From Geosiphon pyriformis uo1 (Eukaryota; Fungi; Glomeromycota), in the NCBI GenBank assembly GCA_016748015.1, contig JAAOMT010000595.1:4282-68281 (forward strand): 64,000 nucleotides of DNA, given 5' to 3'. The stretch's first letter is position 1. Each line of letters begins with the position of its first letter. The notes under the pieces were generated by a model, which saw nothing but the letters and a program-made list of their open reading frames with translations, was not told the origin of the DNA and made no database searches. The position numbers and the translations under genes were made by a program. Below are positions 13,701-28,923 of the stretch, one piece after another.

Positions 13701-15599
13701 ATTTTTAAAATAAAACTCTAATATTAATAATTTTGGATAGATTTGTCTTTTTTAAGATTTTTTATTTATTTAAATAGTTTGATATTGCTTTTATTAAACA
13801 GTTGTATAATAAAAATAGTAAAGTTTTTGATTAAAAAATTTTCAAACATTAAAAAAAATTAGACTTTTATGGTCTTGTTTTTGGTTAATTTATTTTTTCT
13901 ATTAAGTTTTTAACTAAATTGAATTTTTATTTTAATAATTTATTTTTAGTTATTGGATTTTAATCTTTAGATATTCTTAGTTCTTATAAATATAATATAA
14001 TTTATAAATAATTGCTTAGTACTAATATAACTTGTTTTTTTATTTATATTAACAGCTTTTTAAGCAATTTGAATACTACTATATAAAAACTGGTATTATG
14101 GCTTTTTTCGAAGATATAAACTTAGATTTAAATATTAAAGTATCTAAATTAGTTTTTTTACTATGGCTAAGTTACAAGCTATTGTACTTATTTTAAAGTA
14201 TGTTTTTTTTATATGATTAAGTTATTTTTTGACAGCCAAATAACTTTAGATATATGTAAATTAAAGTTGAATTTGGTTTTATCAGATTTTTATAATTATT
14301 GTTAAATTAAGTATGACATATTATAAATATTATTAGGAAAATAAATTTAAGAGTTAATTAACATAAGATTAAGAATTACTCAATTGTTTTAGACAATAAA
14401 AAGACTAGCATATTGGCTAATACTACTTTATTTTCATATTTAGTGCTTTTAATTTATATATAAAAGTATTTTATTAAGACTAATGATAAAATGGTTTCAA
14501 AAAATACAAGACATTTTATTTGTAAAATTTTTTAGACTGTTTATTGTATCTGTTAAAAAATCAAATTTAGGTCTAAAATTTTGAAAAATAATTTACTTGA
14601 AAATATAGATTAAATTAAATTATTATTAATATAACACTTTAATTTTCACATAGCTACTGAATTCATAAGCAAAACTATAGTTAAAGTGCATTTTTATTTT
14701 ATAAAAATTATATAATACTATCTATTAATAACTGTTTGTAAACATTTATATGATAAACATTATTATAGTATAGTATATTTGTTTTATAAAAACATTAAGT
14801 TTTTGGATTATGTTTTTTTTGTAAAATGAATAATAAAGCTTGTAAAAAACTGTTAAATATTTATATAGCTATTTGAATAGTATTTTTTGGTCAATTTAAA
14901 TTGTTCTCATATGTTTTTTAATTATTGTTCTTGTGTTTTTCTAATATTAATATATATATAATTTTATATAATAAGTTTGTTTTTAAGAACTGGTTTTAAG
15001 AAGCTTTTTTAATTTTTAAGAATATTAAAATTACTGGTTGTAAGATTATAAACTTTGTGTATAGTTTTAAGTTGGCTTATAAAAATAATATCTGGCTTAT
15101 TTACTTTAAACACCAAAATTTTATAAAAAAAAGTGGTCTGATTTTATACAATAAAATTATTTCTGTAGATATTTTTGATTTGTTGTCTGTTTTATTTAGT
15201 GGTATAATTAAACTGCTTAGAGTTATTAAAGCTTTTAGTATAAGTTTTAGCATATATAGGTTGTATTTATTTTTTTTAATATTAAAAACATAATTTCTGT
15301 TCATATAAATATATAATATTGTTTTAATTAATTTGAGTGGCTGGTTATATATAATTAAATACATAATTTACACTTAGTTTAAATTGTTTAATTTGATGTA
15401 TTATATTAAATAATATTTGAATAAATATTAAAATAAAAATATTTTTTAATTATTAAATTTTACAATAAATTTAATATGTTTTAAAATTATAAAATTTTTT
15501 TTAATAGTATATATAACCAAAAATAAAAAACCTATTTTTATAATTATCAAGTTTTCTAAAATAAAAAGTTTTTATTTTTATTTTTTATTATGTTTAATA

Positions 15600-17800
15600 A
15601 ATAATATCTAAACATAATTTAGTATAATATATTAAATTAAATAATCTAAACTAGATATAAAATCATGTACTTTTATATGTAACTAATTATTCAAATCAAT
15701 TAAAATTATATTATATTAAAACAAAAAAAGCTGAAAATAAACTTAATTTATAAATTTTTTTAATAATATTATATAAATCTCTAGAATTAAAAATAAACTT
15801 ACTAAAAAATAATTTAATTGTCTTTATACTATCATAAGTTTTAATACTTAATATGTATTATAAAGTAATAATTCACTTAATAATGTTTTTACTTAAAAAA
15901 AAACTTTGCAGCCAATATTTTATTATAGTTTATTCTACTAAAATTGATTTTAGACTTAAAACATATAATATCTTTGAAAACATTAATTAAAAAATTATAA
16001 AAAGTATTAGCAGTATATTTTATAATAAGCTGGTTTTTTTTATTTATAGAATCTTATTAGTATACTTATTCAAAAAAACAGTAATCAAAATAATCAAAAA
16101 ACCAATAAACTTAATAATAAATTTTACTAAAGCAGTCAAACTTAAGATTTGAGTTTTCAAAAAATTCAATTTAAACTTAACAATAAAATTAACAACAAAA
16201 ATAATTAAAAAGACAGCAAAAAAAAAGTTAAAAGAATAAAAGCTTTAATATAAAACTTTTTATTAATAAAAAAAGATATAAATAACTTAAAGTCAATAAT
16301 AAATCTAAAAAACAATTTAGAAAAAATAAATAAAAACATCTTATATTCAATAAATTAATAGTTCAAATTTTAATATCTATAATAGTGATAGCACTCAGAA
16401 GTTTTTTATTAAATATAATATTTATACAAAGTACCAGTTTTTGTTATAATAAGATTTAGTATTTTACAAAATTTAAAAATAACAATAGCAAAATATTAAT
16501 AATAATACAAATCAAAAAAACAGAAAATAAAACAAGTATAACTACTAATCTAAAAAATCATATTATTGATTTTAAAAACAATATAACCAAAAAAAAAGAT
16601 TAATTAATTTGGTCTTAAAAAAAATTTTTAAGATAATAATTTTTTTTTGGTTAAGAAAAAAAAAATTCAAATACTGTTTTTTTTATTAATATAGACCAGT
16701 TACCAAAAGTATTTTTAATTTTATTAGAAAATATGCTAAAAAAATATTATAAAGTACAATAAAAGTAAAAAAAAAAAAGAATCAAAAGCCATCATAAAAA
16801 TTTTTGCAATTTTATGTGTGATTAAAAAAAACCATTAATAAAAACTTTAATAGCAACAACTAAAGAAGTTTTAAAAGTAAAATTTATACAGAATAACTTA
16901 ATATTATCATTAAAAACCAACTTAAATCCAATAAAACCAAACAACAGATAAAACAAAAAATTAATTAAAGACAACTTAATTTTAAAAATAAAGTCAAACA
17001 TTAAGAGTAAAAACTACCTATTTAGAAAATTTTTGATGATTAGAGATTATTTTTCAAGCATTATTAGAAACAGTATCAGATAAAAAAAAAGCAAAGAATA
17101 ATTCAATATCAATTTAATCAGTTCAATTCTTAAAATTAAGTAATTTAATAGATTGTTTTGCTTTTAAAATTGACAATAATCCGCCAAAAGACACCATATT
17201 TAACAATACAATCAGTAGTTAATTTTGGTTCATCTTAAAAAATATGTTATTATTTTTATTGCTTATATTAAAAAGAAGACTGGTTGCTGCTAAAAAAATC
17301 TTATTTAAGGTCTTATTTAAAATTACAAAAAAATTTAGTATAATAATAGCAAATACAAATAATTGTTGCCGTTTTTTAACTCTGACTTTTTTGGCCATTT
17401 GCGAAGTAATAATAATAATATTGGTAAAAAGAACAAAAAGATTAGCTTGTTAACTGGCCTGTTGTTAAAAACTTTTAAGCTTTTGAAGAAGATGGAAACA
17501 ACACTAAAACTGATCCATGTGTGTTTTTTAAACAGAACTTTGATTAAAGAAAAACCACTAACTAAAGATAAAAAAAATGTTTTAGAAGCTGCCAAAGACA
17601 GCTTTTTATTATTAATATTTAAAAAAAAACATTACCAAAACATTCTGCTTAACTGCTTTAACAATAGAAAGACCCTTTTTTGTTGAAACTTTATTAGTTA
17701 CTATAAAGAAAATAATATTTGAAACTTTTTTACTCTTTGCTCTGGTCATGGTCATAAAAATAAAAGAAAGAAAGAGTGTTTCTTATTTTCGAATCTTTCA
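15600..17800 (-). mobile_element. Decayed, internally deleted LINE of a second subfamily (ORF1 remnant plus 3' UTR), tail-to-tail with the preceding copy
   Basis: The reverse complement of 15610-15720 matches the LINE 3' UTR pattern. An ORF1-like start MTMTRAKSKK lies at ~17755, followed by a stop-riddled frame. The ORF1 identity rests on recall, not on an in-window match. Confidence 0.55.
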
Positions 17801-18284
17801 CTTATATAATAATACAGAAAAAATATCTCTTATTTACTTTTTCTATTTTTTTTATATATTATTTCAGATGTATTTTAACGAATTAAACAGAAATAATTAA
17901 ATTATAGATATAATAAATTTAAATATTAAAGATAATAAGCAAAATAATATATCAAAAAAAAATAAAGATATTATTTCCATATTAATAAATTATAAAAATA
18001 TTATTTTTCAAACTTATTATTATTATTTTTCTAAAACTAAAAGTTTCTTATTTTCGAGAATTATTTATTTTCGATCATATACCGAAATAATCTCAAATTA
18101 TTAAAATTATTATTATTATTATACAGACTAGACAATTCAATTATTAATTATTTTTGCATATTATTAAATAAATATATAAATTTAAATTGTAACATTGTTT
18201 TTATTTTGTTTTTAATAACTATTATAAATTAATTTCATTTTTTCAATTTTTTCAAGTTAATTTTTATTTAAAATACAATTTATT

Positions 18285-18333
<49 letters not shown>

Positions 18334-18822
18334 GTAAAATAATAATAAGTTTAAATTTTTTTATTAATTAAAATAATTATTTCATTTATTATGTATTAGC
18401 CACTTATATTATATTAATTATTTAAATTAATTGTTAATTTAATAAAATATTTTTTTTTATTTCTAATTATAAAAATTCTTAAGACCAAATTTTGATACAA
18501 ATGAATTCTCTTTAACATTGCCATATGATAAAAACAAAAAGAAAATTTAGAAAAAACATAGTTTAATGTAATAAAAAATAACAATTCCTTAAATATTTCA
18601 AAAGAGTTATTGTATATTATGACAATTTTAATCTATTAGCTTATGAAACAAATTGGTAAAATATATCAGCATTATCAAATTTAATATTGTAATTTGATAT
18701 CGTGATTAAAAATATGACGATGCCTAATCAATAATGTGGTTACACAATTCATAATTAAATTATATCTTCCTTTTGAAGAGGTTTATCATATTCTTCATAT
18801 TTTCTACAAATTTGTTTAAAAA

Positions 18823-18903
18823 ATGCCTCCAAAATACACGAAACGAAAAACTCTTGCAAAATCTGACGATGAGGGTTTTAACAGTCCCGAACAAGATGGG
18901 TAA

Positions 18904-18946
<43 letters not shown>

Positions 18947-19783
18947 TAGATAATAAAAATAATTTTGAAATTTTCTTCACAATTTTTTCCTAGAGAAGAT
19001 ATTGTTAAAATATTTGCTGCGGTTCATAGTAAGTAATTCAAAGACCAAAAGATTGTTTATTCTCAATTTTAATTAATCTATTAATTTTTTTTAATATTAA
19101 AAAGGTCGAATGGAGAAAAAGGCAAAATACAAGCAAAAAAAACTCTCCTTGGAATGTGATACAACAATAAAATGTATATCTGACCTGGCCCATGAACTAG
19201 CTATTCGGCATAAACAAGACTTGTATGTCCCTACCAAGAAGTTTCTTTAAAATATTCGTCTATTAAATTTTGATTTCTAATTATTACTCTTTTTTAGAGA
19301 ATCGAAAATCAAGCAATACAGTGCCAAGCAGGAAGAATTGGAAGAAGAACGATTATCTATTGTCAAAAAATTGAGATCGGAAGAAGCACAATATTTGGTA
19401 TTTTTCACTCAATGTTTCTGAGATTTCGTATATTTGATTAATTACTCCGAGTTTTTCAGAATCCTTTGTCTGAATGATTTTTAAAAAAATCTTCATTCTT
19501 CCCTCAATTTTAGCAAATTCACGATTCAATTGTCAATGAATTGATAAAATTCGAAGTATCACAATTAAAGGCCAATCAAGCTTTCGAAAGAAAGTATGGC
19601 TCTTTCATTGAAGGTGAACTTTATACAATACGAGTTTCTTCGGCCCGATTCTTCCTTACCATTTTAATTCCTATTCTAGATACACACAATCAATTCAAAA
19701 GTCCTATCGTGAGAAAAACTCCTTTCGAAAATCCTTTCATTGATTCTACAACTGCCTCAAATACTAAGAATATGAAGCAATAA
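18823..19783 (+). CDS. Small 6-exon coiled-coil hypothetical protein
   Basis: In-frame GT-AG spliced exons: MPPKYTKRKTLAKSDDEGFNSPEQDG / EDIVKIFAAVH / RMEKKAKYKQKKLSLECDTTIKCISDLAHELAIRHKQDL / ESKIKQYSAKQEELEEERLSIVKKLRSEEAQYL / QIHDSIVNELIKFEVSQLKANQAFERKYGSFIE / DTHNQFKSP...NMKQ*. Confidence 0.75.
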
Positions 19784-20049
19784 TGCTCAATATTTATTAC
19801 TTCACATATACCAAGTTTTTTATATATGATTTTATTACTTAAACCTTTCAAGTGTATTAAAACAGTACTTTCTGATGATTTGTTCAAATAATTTTATAAA
19901 TTAATGAACAGTTACGTTTTAAAAAGATCATTTCAATTTTAATACATAGATTTGGACATTCCTCTATTTCATAATTTAAAATTGCCGTTTTTATTTTGAA
20001 TATATTCTAATTTGATTTTAAAAACCAATCCACTTTATTGTTTACTAAA

Positions 20050-22400
20050 AAAAAACTGGATAAAAGATGTTATTCACTAATTTTTTCTACTTTGAATCTT
20101 TTTTTAAATGCTTATTAAAAAACAGTTGTAAAAAAACAATTATTTTATCATTTGTAAAAAAAATTACTTTAATATTTATAAAATAAATTTTATTATTAAT
20201 TTTAATATTATTTAATTATTTTTTTAACCACATATTTTATATATTTTATAATTAACTTTTTCATATAAGTTAATTGTTTGGATGACTGGTCCACATCTAA
20301 TTTATGATACAAGAATAGTTAGTGGTTGTACTAAAAAAATTAATTGTCAATTAAGTTTTTGATTTGGTTGTTAATCTTTTTAAACATATAATATTAACTA
20401 TTATTTTATATTTTCATAATAAATTTTTAAATAGTTTATATATTGTTTTATTATTATTATTATTATTATTATTTATTTCTTAATTGGGTTTAAATTGTTA
20501 TTAATAGAAATAATTAGGCTTTAATTCTCTTTTTTTTATGTATTTTTATACTACAATTAAAGCAAAAAATAAGAAAAAAGCAATTTTTGTTTTTTATTGG
20601 TTTTTAATAATATTATTACCAAAAAACTTTCTAATTTATAAAAACATTATTTTTTAAGTAATATAGAAACAAAACAGCTTTTGTTTCAAGTTTTTTTAAA
20701 TTTGTTATTAAATATAAACTTATTAGTTATATATTAAATTATATAAGCTATATTAATTATAAAAGTTTAATTTTACATATATAAATAACAATAAGATTAT
20801 ATTTTGTAATAATATTAAAACAATAAAAATATTTTTATTTAAATATTTATTTTTTAACTTGAATTTTTATTTTATTTAAAACTTTAATATATATAATTAT
20901 AATTTGAATTAAAAAATCTGTAAGAAATTACAAATAACTATTAATAAAAAAAAATTTTATATTTTTATAATTATATTTAAAACAAAAAATTAAATACTAT
21001 CTTTTTTATTGTTTTAATAATTTTAATACTTAAAAAGTTTTTTTTTAAATTTAAAACAAATAGATAATATTTTTTTGGCTTTTAATAAAAGTTTTTATTT
21101 ATTTAAAATTTTTTTTAAACAACTAATTAAAAAATATATTTCTTTTAATGTTTTTAAAACATTATTTTTATTTTAAAATCTGTTTTTTTATAAAAATAGA
21201 ATATTACTTTTATTTTAAAATCTGTTTTTTTATAAAAAATAAAACATTAATTTTATTGTAATTATTTTAATTATAATATTAATTTTAATTTGGTTGTAAA
21301 TAATAATTTTTATTTATTTATATAATAGCAGTAACTAAAACTAGTTTTAATAAATATATAATTAAATTATTTAATATATTAATTTTTAATTAATTATTAT
21401 TAAATTTAAAAACAAAACAAGTTATATTTTTATATATAGCTTTAATTAATTAACTCATTAAATTATTTAATTTTAAAGATTAAATTAATTAAATAAAAAT
21501 TAAAGTACTTTTTTTTGTTTTTTAATAATATTGTTTATTTTAATAATATCTAGAAGATATTTATTAATTGTTAAAGCTTTTTTAAATAGATAATTTTTTT
21601 TTAATACTTAATAAAATTAATAAGATTAAAATAATATATATTAAAGTATTTTTGGTTAAATTTTCAATATTAAGCTAAAACTTATTGGTTAATAGCAATA
21701 GAATATTTATTTTAAGTTTTATGTATTTTTAAATATTTTTTTGGCTTGTTAATTAGTTTTTGTAAAAAAATATTATTTTAAAAAATACGTTTAAAATTAA
21801 GTTAATAAATTTTTATTTGGTTTATTATTTTAAAATTAGTAAATTAGTTTTTTAAGTATGTAATTATATTTGTTTATTTTTTAGTTTTCTGATTTTATGT
21901 TGTAGTTGAAATATTTTATTATTATTTTTGGTTTTTAAAAAGATTTAAATATTATTATTATTATTATTAAGATTAATATTTTAAAAAAATCGTATTTAAT
22001 AAAAAATCTTTAATTATTAATATTGTTTTAAATATTAGAATTAAATTATTTGGTTTTTAATTATAAAGTTTTTTATTTTATTTTCTAAAAAGTTTATTAA
22101 AATCTGTAATTAGTCTTAAAATTTTAAGAATTTTGTTTTTTTGTTATTATTATTATTATTAATTTTGTAATTAGTTTCAATTTGGCTTTTTTAAAATCTG
22201 AATTGGCCAAATTGGCTTTGTTAATTAGATTTATTGTTAAGTTTATTGGTTTTTTAATTGCTTTAATTATAAAATAATAAATTTTTTTTTTATTAAATGC
22301 TAAAATAAAAAAATTGCTATAATTGAAAAAATATTAATAATTTATAATTAATCTTAAAGTAAAATAATTTACTTAATAATAATATATTTAATAATAATTT
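20050..22400. mobile_element. Unclassified AT-eroded repeat fossil
   Basis: Same composition and near-absence of CpG as the neighbouring decodable fossils. No domain confidently read. Confidence 0.35.
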
Positions 22401-22414
22401 AGGTTTTTTTGTTA

Positions 22415-22528
22415 ATAAATTTAATTAGTTTAAATAACTAATTATATGTAAAAAGTACATGATTTATATTTAATTTATAATATTTATTGTTATATTGTAT
22501 TAGATAACAATTAGACCACATTTTTTTA

Positions 22529-22614
<86 letters not shown>
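22415..22614 (+). mobile_element. LINE 3'-end fragment followed by (AAT)n microsatellite (22529-22614)
   Basis: 22420-22520 resembles the young LINE 3' UTR (ttaatt...atatgta...atttaatt...ttgtattagata) and runs directly into a long AAT array. Confidence 0.6.
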
Positions 22615-22615
<1 letters not shown>

Positions 22616-23396
22616 CATTAATATTTTAAAAATAAAATATTTATGTTAAATTTAATTATATAATTTTTATATTTTTACAAATAAATAATTTGATAATTTG
22701 TAATATTAAATACTGTTTTAATTTGAAATATATTGTAATAAATTTAATTAATACAGTTTTAATTATTAAAATTTGAAATTATGATAATTGCTCTTAAAAT
22801 TAAAGCTTTTCAAAAAATAATTATTAACAAATACTGTTACAAGTTGAAGCAAAACACTTAAAATCGATGTTCAACAATTTATTGCAAGTGACATGTGAAC
22901 TGGGAAAATAATCTTAACAAGCCTAAAAGATATTTCTCAGAATTTCATGTCGACCAGATGACCCATCTTACATCTTTCCTAAAAGGAATTTTGGATATTT
23001 TTATAATAGAACGAATTCTCAATGAGATAGATTTTAAACATATTAAGAAAGCATCAGCTAAATATGGGAACACAACGTTTTGAAATACTGTGTCTTGATA
23101 GCCAAAGGCTAAAGATTTCCAAATTCCCTATTATCTTTATAGAATATATTCAAAAAGGGGAATTTTCTTTATAAATTAAAAAAGCTAATGGGATATTAAA
23201 AAGGAAATTGGAGTTGTTTGATTATATTATACAGAAAAGCAGAATGCTACTCGATTACAATAATTAAATTTCAAAAAAGGATACAAGAATTGTTCCCATG
23301 ATTCTTAGTCAATCCAACAGCATCAAGTGATTCGGGATCCTAATCGATTTTATTCAACCATCGAGGTTGGTTATCATGAATCCTGTACAAACTTGA

Positions 23397-24377
23397 TTAT
23401 TCGTTGTCTACCCATAGACTGGCCACAGGACCAAAGAATGGCACTTCGTAACGATGTAGAGTTGGAGCATTAACGTACGCCTGATAGCTGAAGAAATTAA
23501 AATATATTATTAGTTACTCATTTTTATTTATATCAATAATGAAGAATTTTCCCTAACCTAAGAAAGCCAATGAGGCCTATTTCGATTAAAAATAAAACCC
23601 AGCTCAGGAATGATGATATGAAGATTATGATGAAATGGAAAAACTTTTCGATCAAATCAAAAAACAAAAATATGTTAGAGCTTCTTTCATCCTTTTCAAA
23701 ATAAAGTGCTAACTAGTAATAAATGATTTGACTTACGAACAATATGCCAAATACTATAGAGGACTGGAATCCGTTCGTTAAAAGGAAGATTTTCAAGATT
23801 CAGTTCAGATTTTGAAACATTCTTTAGAATAGGGTTTAAAATATTCTATATACTATACCTGCCATGCATGAAAACGAACGTAGTCATTCTTTTGTTCCAA
23901 TATCAAAAATAGCACACCTAAATAAAGACAATCTCTCGAATTCAATCAAGTATAGATTCCATCAGGAGTGAATGGTGTTACCCCTACCAGTAATGCAGCC
24001 AAACAAGTAAGTTAAAGATGCTGCAATATCAACTCTAAGTCAAATGAAATTGGATGTTAGAATTTTGTAAAACCTGATGTAAACATTAAAGAAACCTGTT
24101 GAATTAAAGAAGGGTACCTAAGAGGCAGATCTGTCTCATACGTGTTGATCTTTATTTGATTTGGAGGTATTTGTCCTGAATTTTGATAAACGCCTGCAAA
24201 AGGGTTTGCGGAGGCGGTAGGTTTTGCTGCGGAAGCCGAGGTAGACGCGGCAGCAGATCCACCCTGGCTGCGGCTACTACTTGACGGAGGAATATAACGA
24301 GTTGAATTTCTAAATGATTTTGTTTCATCCGGTGGTGGTGAATAGGGAGCAAAGGTTGCGGGATTTTGATAAGACAT
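23397..24377 (-). CDS. UPF0132/DUF4870-like small integral membrane protein, multi-exon
   Basis: MSYQNPATFAPYSPPP...TYETDLPLR / VDIAASLTYLFGCITG / VLFLILEQKNDYVRFHAWQ / SSIVF... / WVLFLIEIGLIGFLG / YQAYVNAPTLHRYEVPFFGPVASLWVDNE*. The VRFHAWQS motif is characteristic. Confidence 0.8.
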
Positions 24378-24625
24378 ATTGTCTTTGCATAAAGTACAGA
24401 ACGTGTATCGGAGGATTATTCGATCTTCGATTCCTTTAAACCTATTGCCAAATAAAGATCATATGATTAGATGATGTATGAACATCTTCAACCTGCAGGA
24501 AATTATGAAATTTCATATGATGAGGATGTCATTATTATCATATAACGAAACTGTTCTGTTCAAAACTCCAACACTTTGTATAAAGCAATAGAAAAAGTGG
24601 TGTATCTAAAACTTACAACAAAGCA

Positions 24626-26667
24626 ATGCTTCTCGAGGTATCTTCTCAAGATAAATGCCAAATCGATACCTTTTAAAGTAGTCTTAATTAACTCCTTTGC
24701 CTTTTTTATAGGCTGTTCAATTCTTTTTTTCTCCCTTTTTTAATGTCTTCGAGCCTTATGTCAGTCGCTTCACTCATGCACTTACTTCACCAAAGACACA
24801 GCGTGTTGCTGTCAAGTCAATCTTTGTCGCCATTGTCGCGGTGACCTTAGTGAGCGTAGCATTCATATCTTATCTAGGTTTTTATTGGTTATACGTCCCG
24901 AAGATATATCATGTTAAACCCGTTTACCTACAATATCAGTTAAGTTTCCAATGGTAACACCTTAGTGCCTATTTGCGCTTATATAACCCTTCATTTTATT
25001 ATTCTGTTATTCAGCCAGGATACCCTACCCACTGCAATGATCAATTTTACCACTTCCGGATCTCGGGTAAGCACTTTAATAAAAAGTTGAAATATTCGTT
25101 TTAAAGATCACTTATTAAAATTATCAATTTTTTCTTAGTTTTTAACTGCTGGACAAGCTTATGATGTGACAGTTGATCTTTACGTACCTACGTCGCAAAA
25201 GAATATAGAATTGGGTTTGTAGTCAAGCTGGAGAATAAGCACATTCACTCAATGTGCTGGGTTAATAAGCGAAAATTTTCACAATAGGAAATTTTATGAT
25301 TAGATTACAGCTCAATTCCGAGCAAGCGAACAATGAAACTGTTCAAAATGAGCGTCGGCCGGTAATATTTCAATTTACTTTTAGCTTTCGTGATAACTGT
25401 TTAAGACTCTTGATTATTCTTTTTAGTGCATCCTCACATATCAATCTCCTTTACTTCGCGTATTTTACACTCTATGGCGCCTAATTCCCCTAATATTGGG
25501 ATACGCTAAAGAGGATCAATTGCTCGTTGTGAAAATGGTGGAAAATATGATTGAGGATCCTGTAAGTAAATGCTTTGGTCAAATTTGGTTGTTTTCACAG
25601 ATCCGTTGGAATGTGAAAATTTGTGTTTGATTATTTAATCAGAATAAACGTGTTTCCCACGGGTATATAACTTTATCTGATCCTCGTCTTGAAACTTATG
25701 ACGTTAAAATTCGATTTGATGCTCATTTCAGAGGCTTACGGTAGGTAGCAATTTAAACAGATTATTTTTGCTGCCAAAAAATCGAGTTCTTGCTTTATTT
25801 CGATGGTATCAATTTATTCATTCATGAATTTTAACGAAACCATGTTTTCTACAGCTATTTCATGTACTACTACCCAGTCGCTACAGCCACAACATTTATC
25901 TCCCTCTTCTTATTCTGGGAACTATTATTCTCGTTTGTGGCATGGAGGAATCTGGTAGCCTTGTGGCAAAATCAACTTCCATCACCTATTCCAGAACAAT
26001 TTCAAGATGACACGCCAAAAGTCGCAACTGGTGAAGATGACGAAAGTCAAAACGGTGAAGTCGCTGACGCCGAAGATGAGGGTTTGGGAGGGACATGGGA
26101 GACGATTCGCCATGAAAGTGAAATAAGGGGAGCTGATGGTGGTAGTACAACTGGCGCGGATAGCGAATTTGAAGGGGTAATCCTTTCATTTGATTTGATT
26201 CTTTCGTTTCCCAAATTCTTATAAAATTTTCTATTTTAAAATAGTCACGCCATGGGTCTGTCATTAGTGATCCTAATCCTCAACGTGATATCCCTCGTTC
26301 GCGGCAATCTTCAGAACCAGCTGAAGCAATTTATACAACTGAATCTTATGTGAGTGAAGATGATATACAAAGTGTAAGATCGAGACGTACTCAGGACGAT
26401 CTTGCTTCTATTGCGGCGGAAACCAACAGTGAAGATGACAACCTTGGTTCAGATGATGGTAGTCCCACCCCAACAACTATGCGAAGCCGAAGAACCTCGG
26501 CTTCAGCTGCATCTCTAACAACTGATGAAGAATATGAAGGTGAAGCAGGGCTTACTGCTGCAACTTCATCTTCTAGGGCAATTGCAAGTGGCTCACGACC
26601 ATATTCTAGACGAGTTGGAAAAGGTGACGATAGCGATTCCCACGTTGATGATTCCAATCGATATTAA
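24626..26667 (+). CDS. SEI1: Seipin (lipid droplet biogenesis; BSCL2/Fld1 family), multi-exon
   Basis: TM1 then FYWLYVPKIYHVKPVYLQY. Lumenal domain FLTAGQAYDVTVDLYVPTSQKNIELGNFMIRL and ILTYQSPLLR. Then FDAHFRGLRYFMYYYP, TM2 and an acidic disordered tail. The start exon (MLLE at 24626) is less certain. Confidence 0.9.
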
Positions 26668-27188
26668 TTCACCTAATACCTAAATTAGGAGAAATATTAG
26701 GCAAAAACTAGTTTCAAAACTCTTCCTATTGCAAATTTCTCAAAAAATATTTAGCCTACATTTTTTCTTGATGTTTCACAATTCCACTCTCTTAATTCAG
26801 ATGTTACCTATTGGACATGGTTTGATTTTTAATTCATTGCTTTTGAAACACAGATCCAAGCCTTTCTTTTTGGATATATATCACTTTTGTTTAGTATATT
26901 GGACATTTAGTTTTTATTGAATGAACATTATTATTGACCATTTATTATAGGAAAAGCCTAAATTTTTGGTCAACAAACAGGTTAAAACTCACATGAATCA
27001 ATCAATATAAAGAAAAATTCTAAGGTATATCGTCATATGGTAACTTAACTGGTCTAATGAAAGTTTCATTATCCCATCCGATCATCTTTGATTTCTCATT
27101 TATGATTAGTAATCACCAGATTATTAAGCTTTTCGAAACTCCTTGAATTTTGTGGTGAATGATTTATTCCTAGAGTCCAAAATTGTAA

Positions 27189-28551
<1,363 letters not shown>

Positions 28552-28923
28552 CTTCAATAAAAATAAAATTTCCTCAAATTTTAAAGCAGAACTTGTTAAA
28601 TTCGAATTGTCTTTTTCTGCTTTCATAAATTTAAAAGTTTGATCCATTCATAATAAATCTGTAACTCAAAATTGAGTTGTAAGCCTATCCTAATATTAGA
28701 GTTACTTATCAAATTTTGCTTAAATCAACAATCTTTGTCCAGATTATTCAATTTTTAGAAAATAAGGTTGAATCTGATGTAAATTATTAATTAGCAAAAG
28801 GAAACACTTCAAGAAATGTAATTTAAATCATTTAATGTTTATAAAGGACTTAAAAAGGGAACAAATATGTTTTCGTATAAAGTTATAGGTCAAAATATTC
28901 GGGATTATTTATCATATAATGAT

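Larger units (their letters stand above)
6100..15420 (+). mobile_element. Highly decayed near full-length LINE (ORF1, APE, RT, RNase H, 3' UTR), interrupted by a pogo transposon
   Basis: Colinear with the younger LINE at 48-55 kb once G->A/C->T changes are allowed. Landmarks: ~6570 (LDINL...FGG...SKF.GII), ~7050 (LYTLP.GTTAHDL), ~7800 (SKVLT.KVG.LE), ~10855 APE (VFTSGL.SGYL), ~12400 (IALIETARKILSKILSD), ~12590 (LWLVLQD..KAYDS), ~12945 (FVDDTIW decayed to FINNTIW), ~14375 (GHSG..GNE), 3' UTR ~15320-15420. Confidence 0.85.

Noticed and set aside
6800-17686. Short I/K/N/L/F-rich ORFs in the AT-rich blocks as genes
   Set aside because: Chance frames in, or fragments of, decayed transposons. The same applies at 33-35, 45-47 and 55-63 kb.
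22860-23100. Small ORF 22895-23083
   Set aside because: Non-ATG start, with no recognisable motif or splice model.
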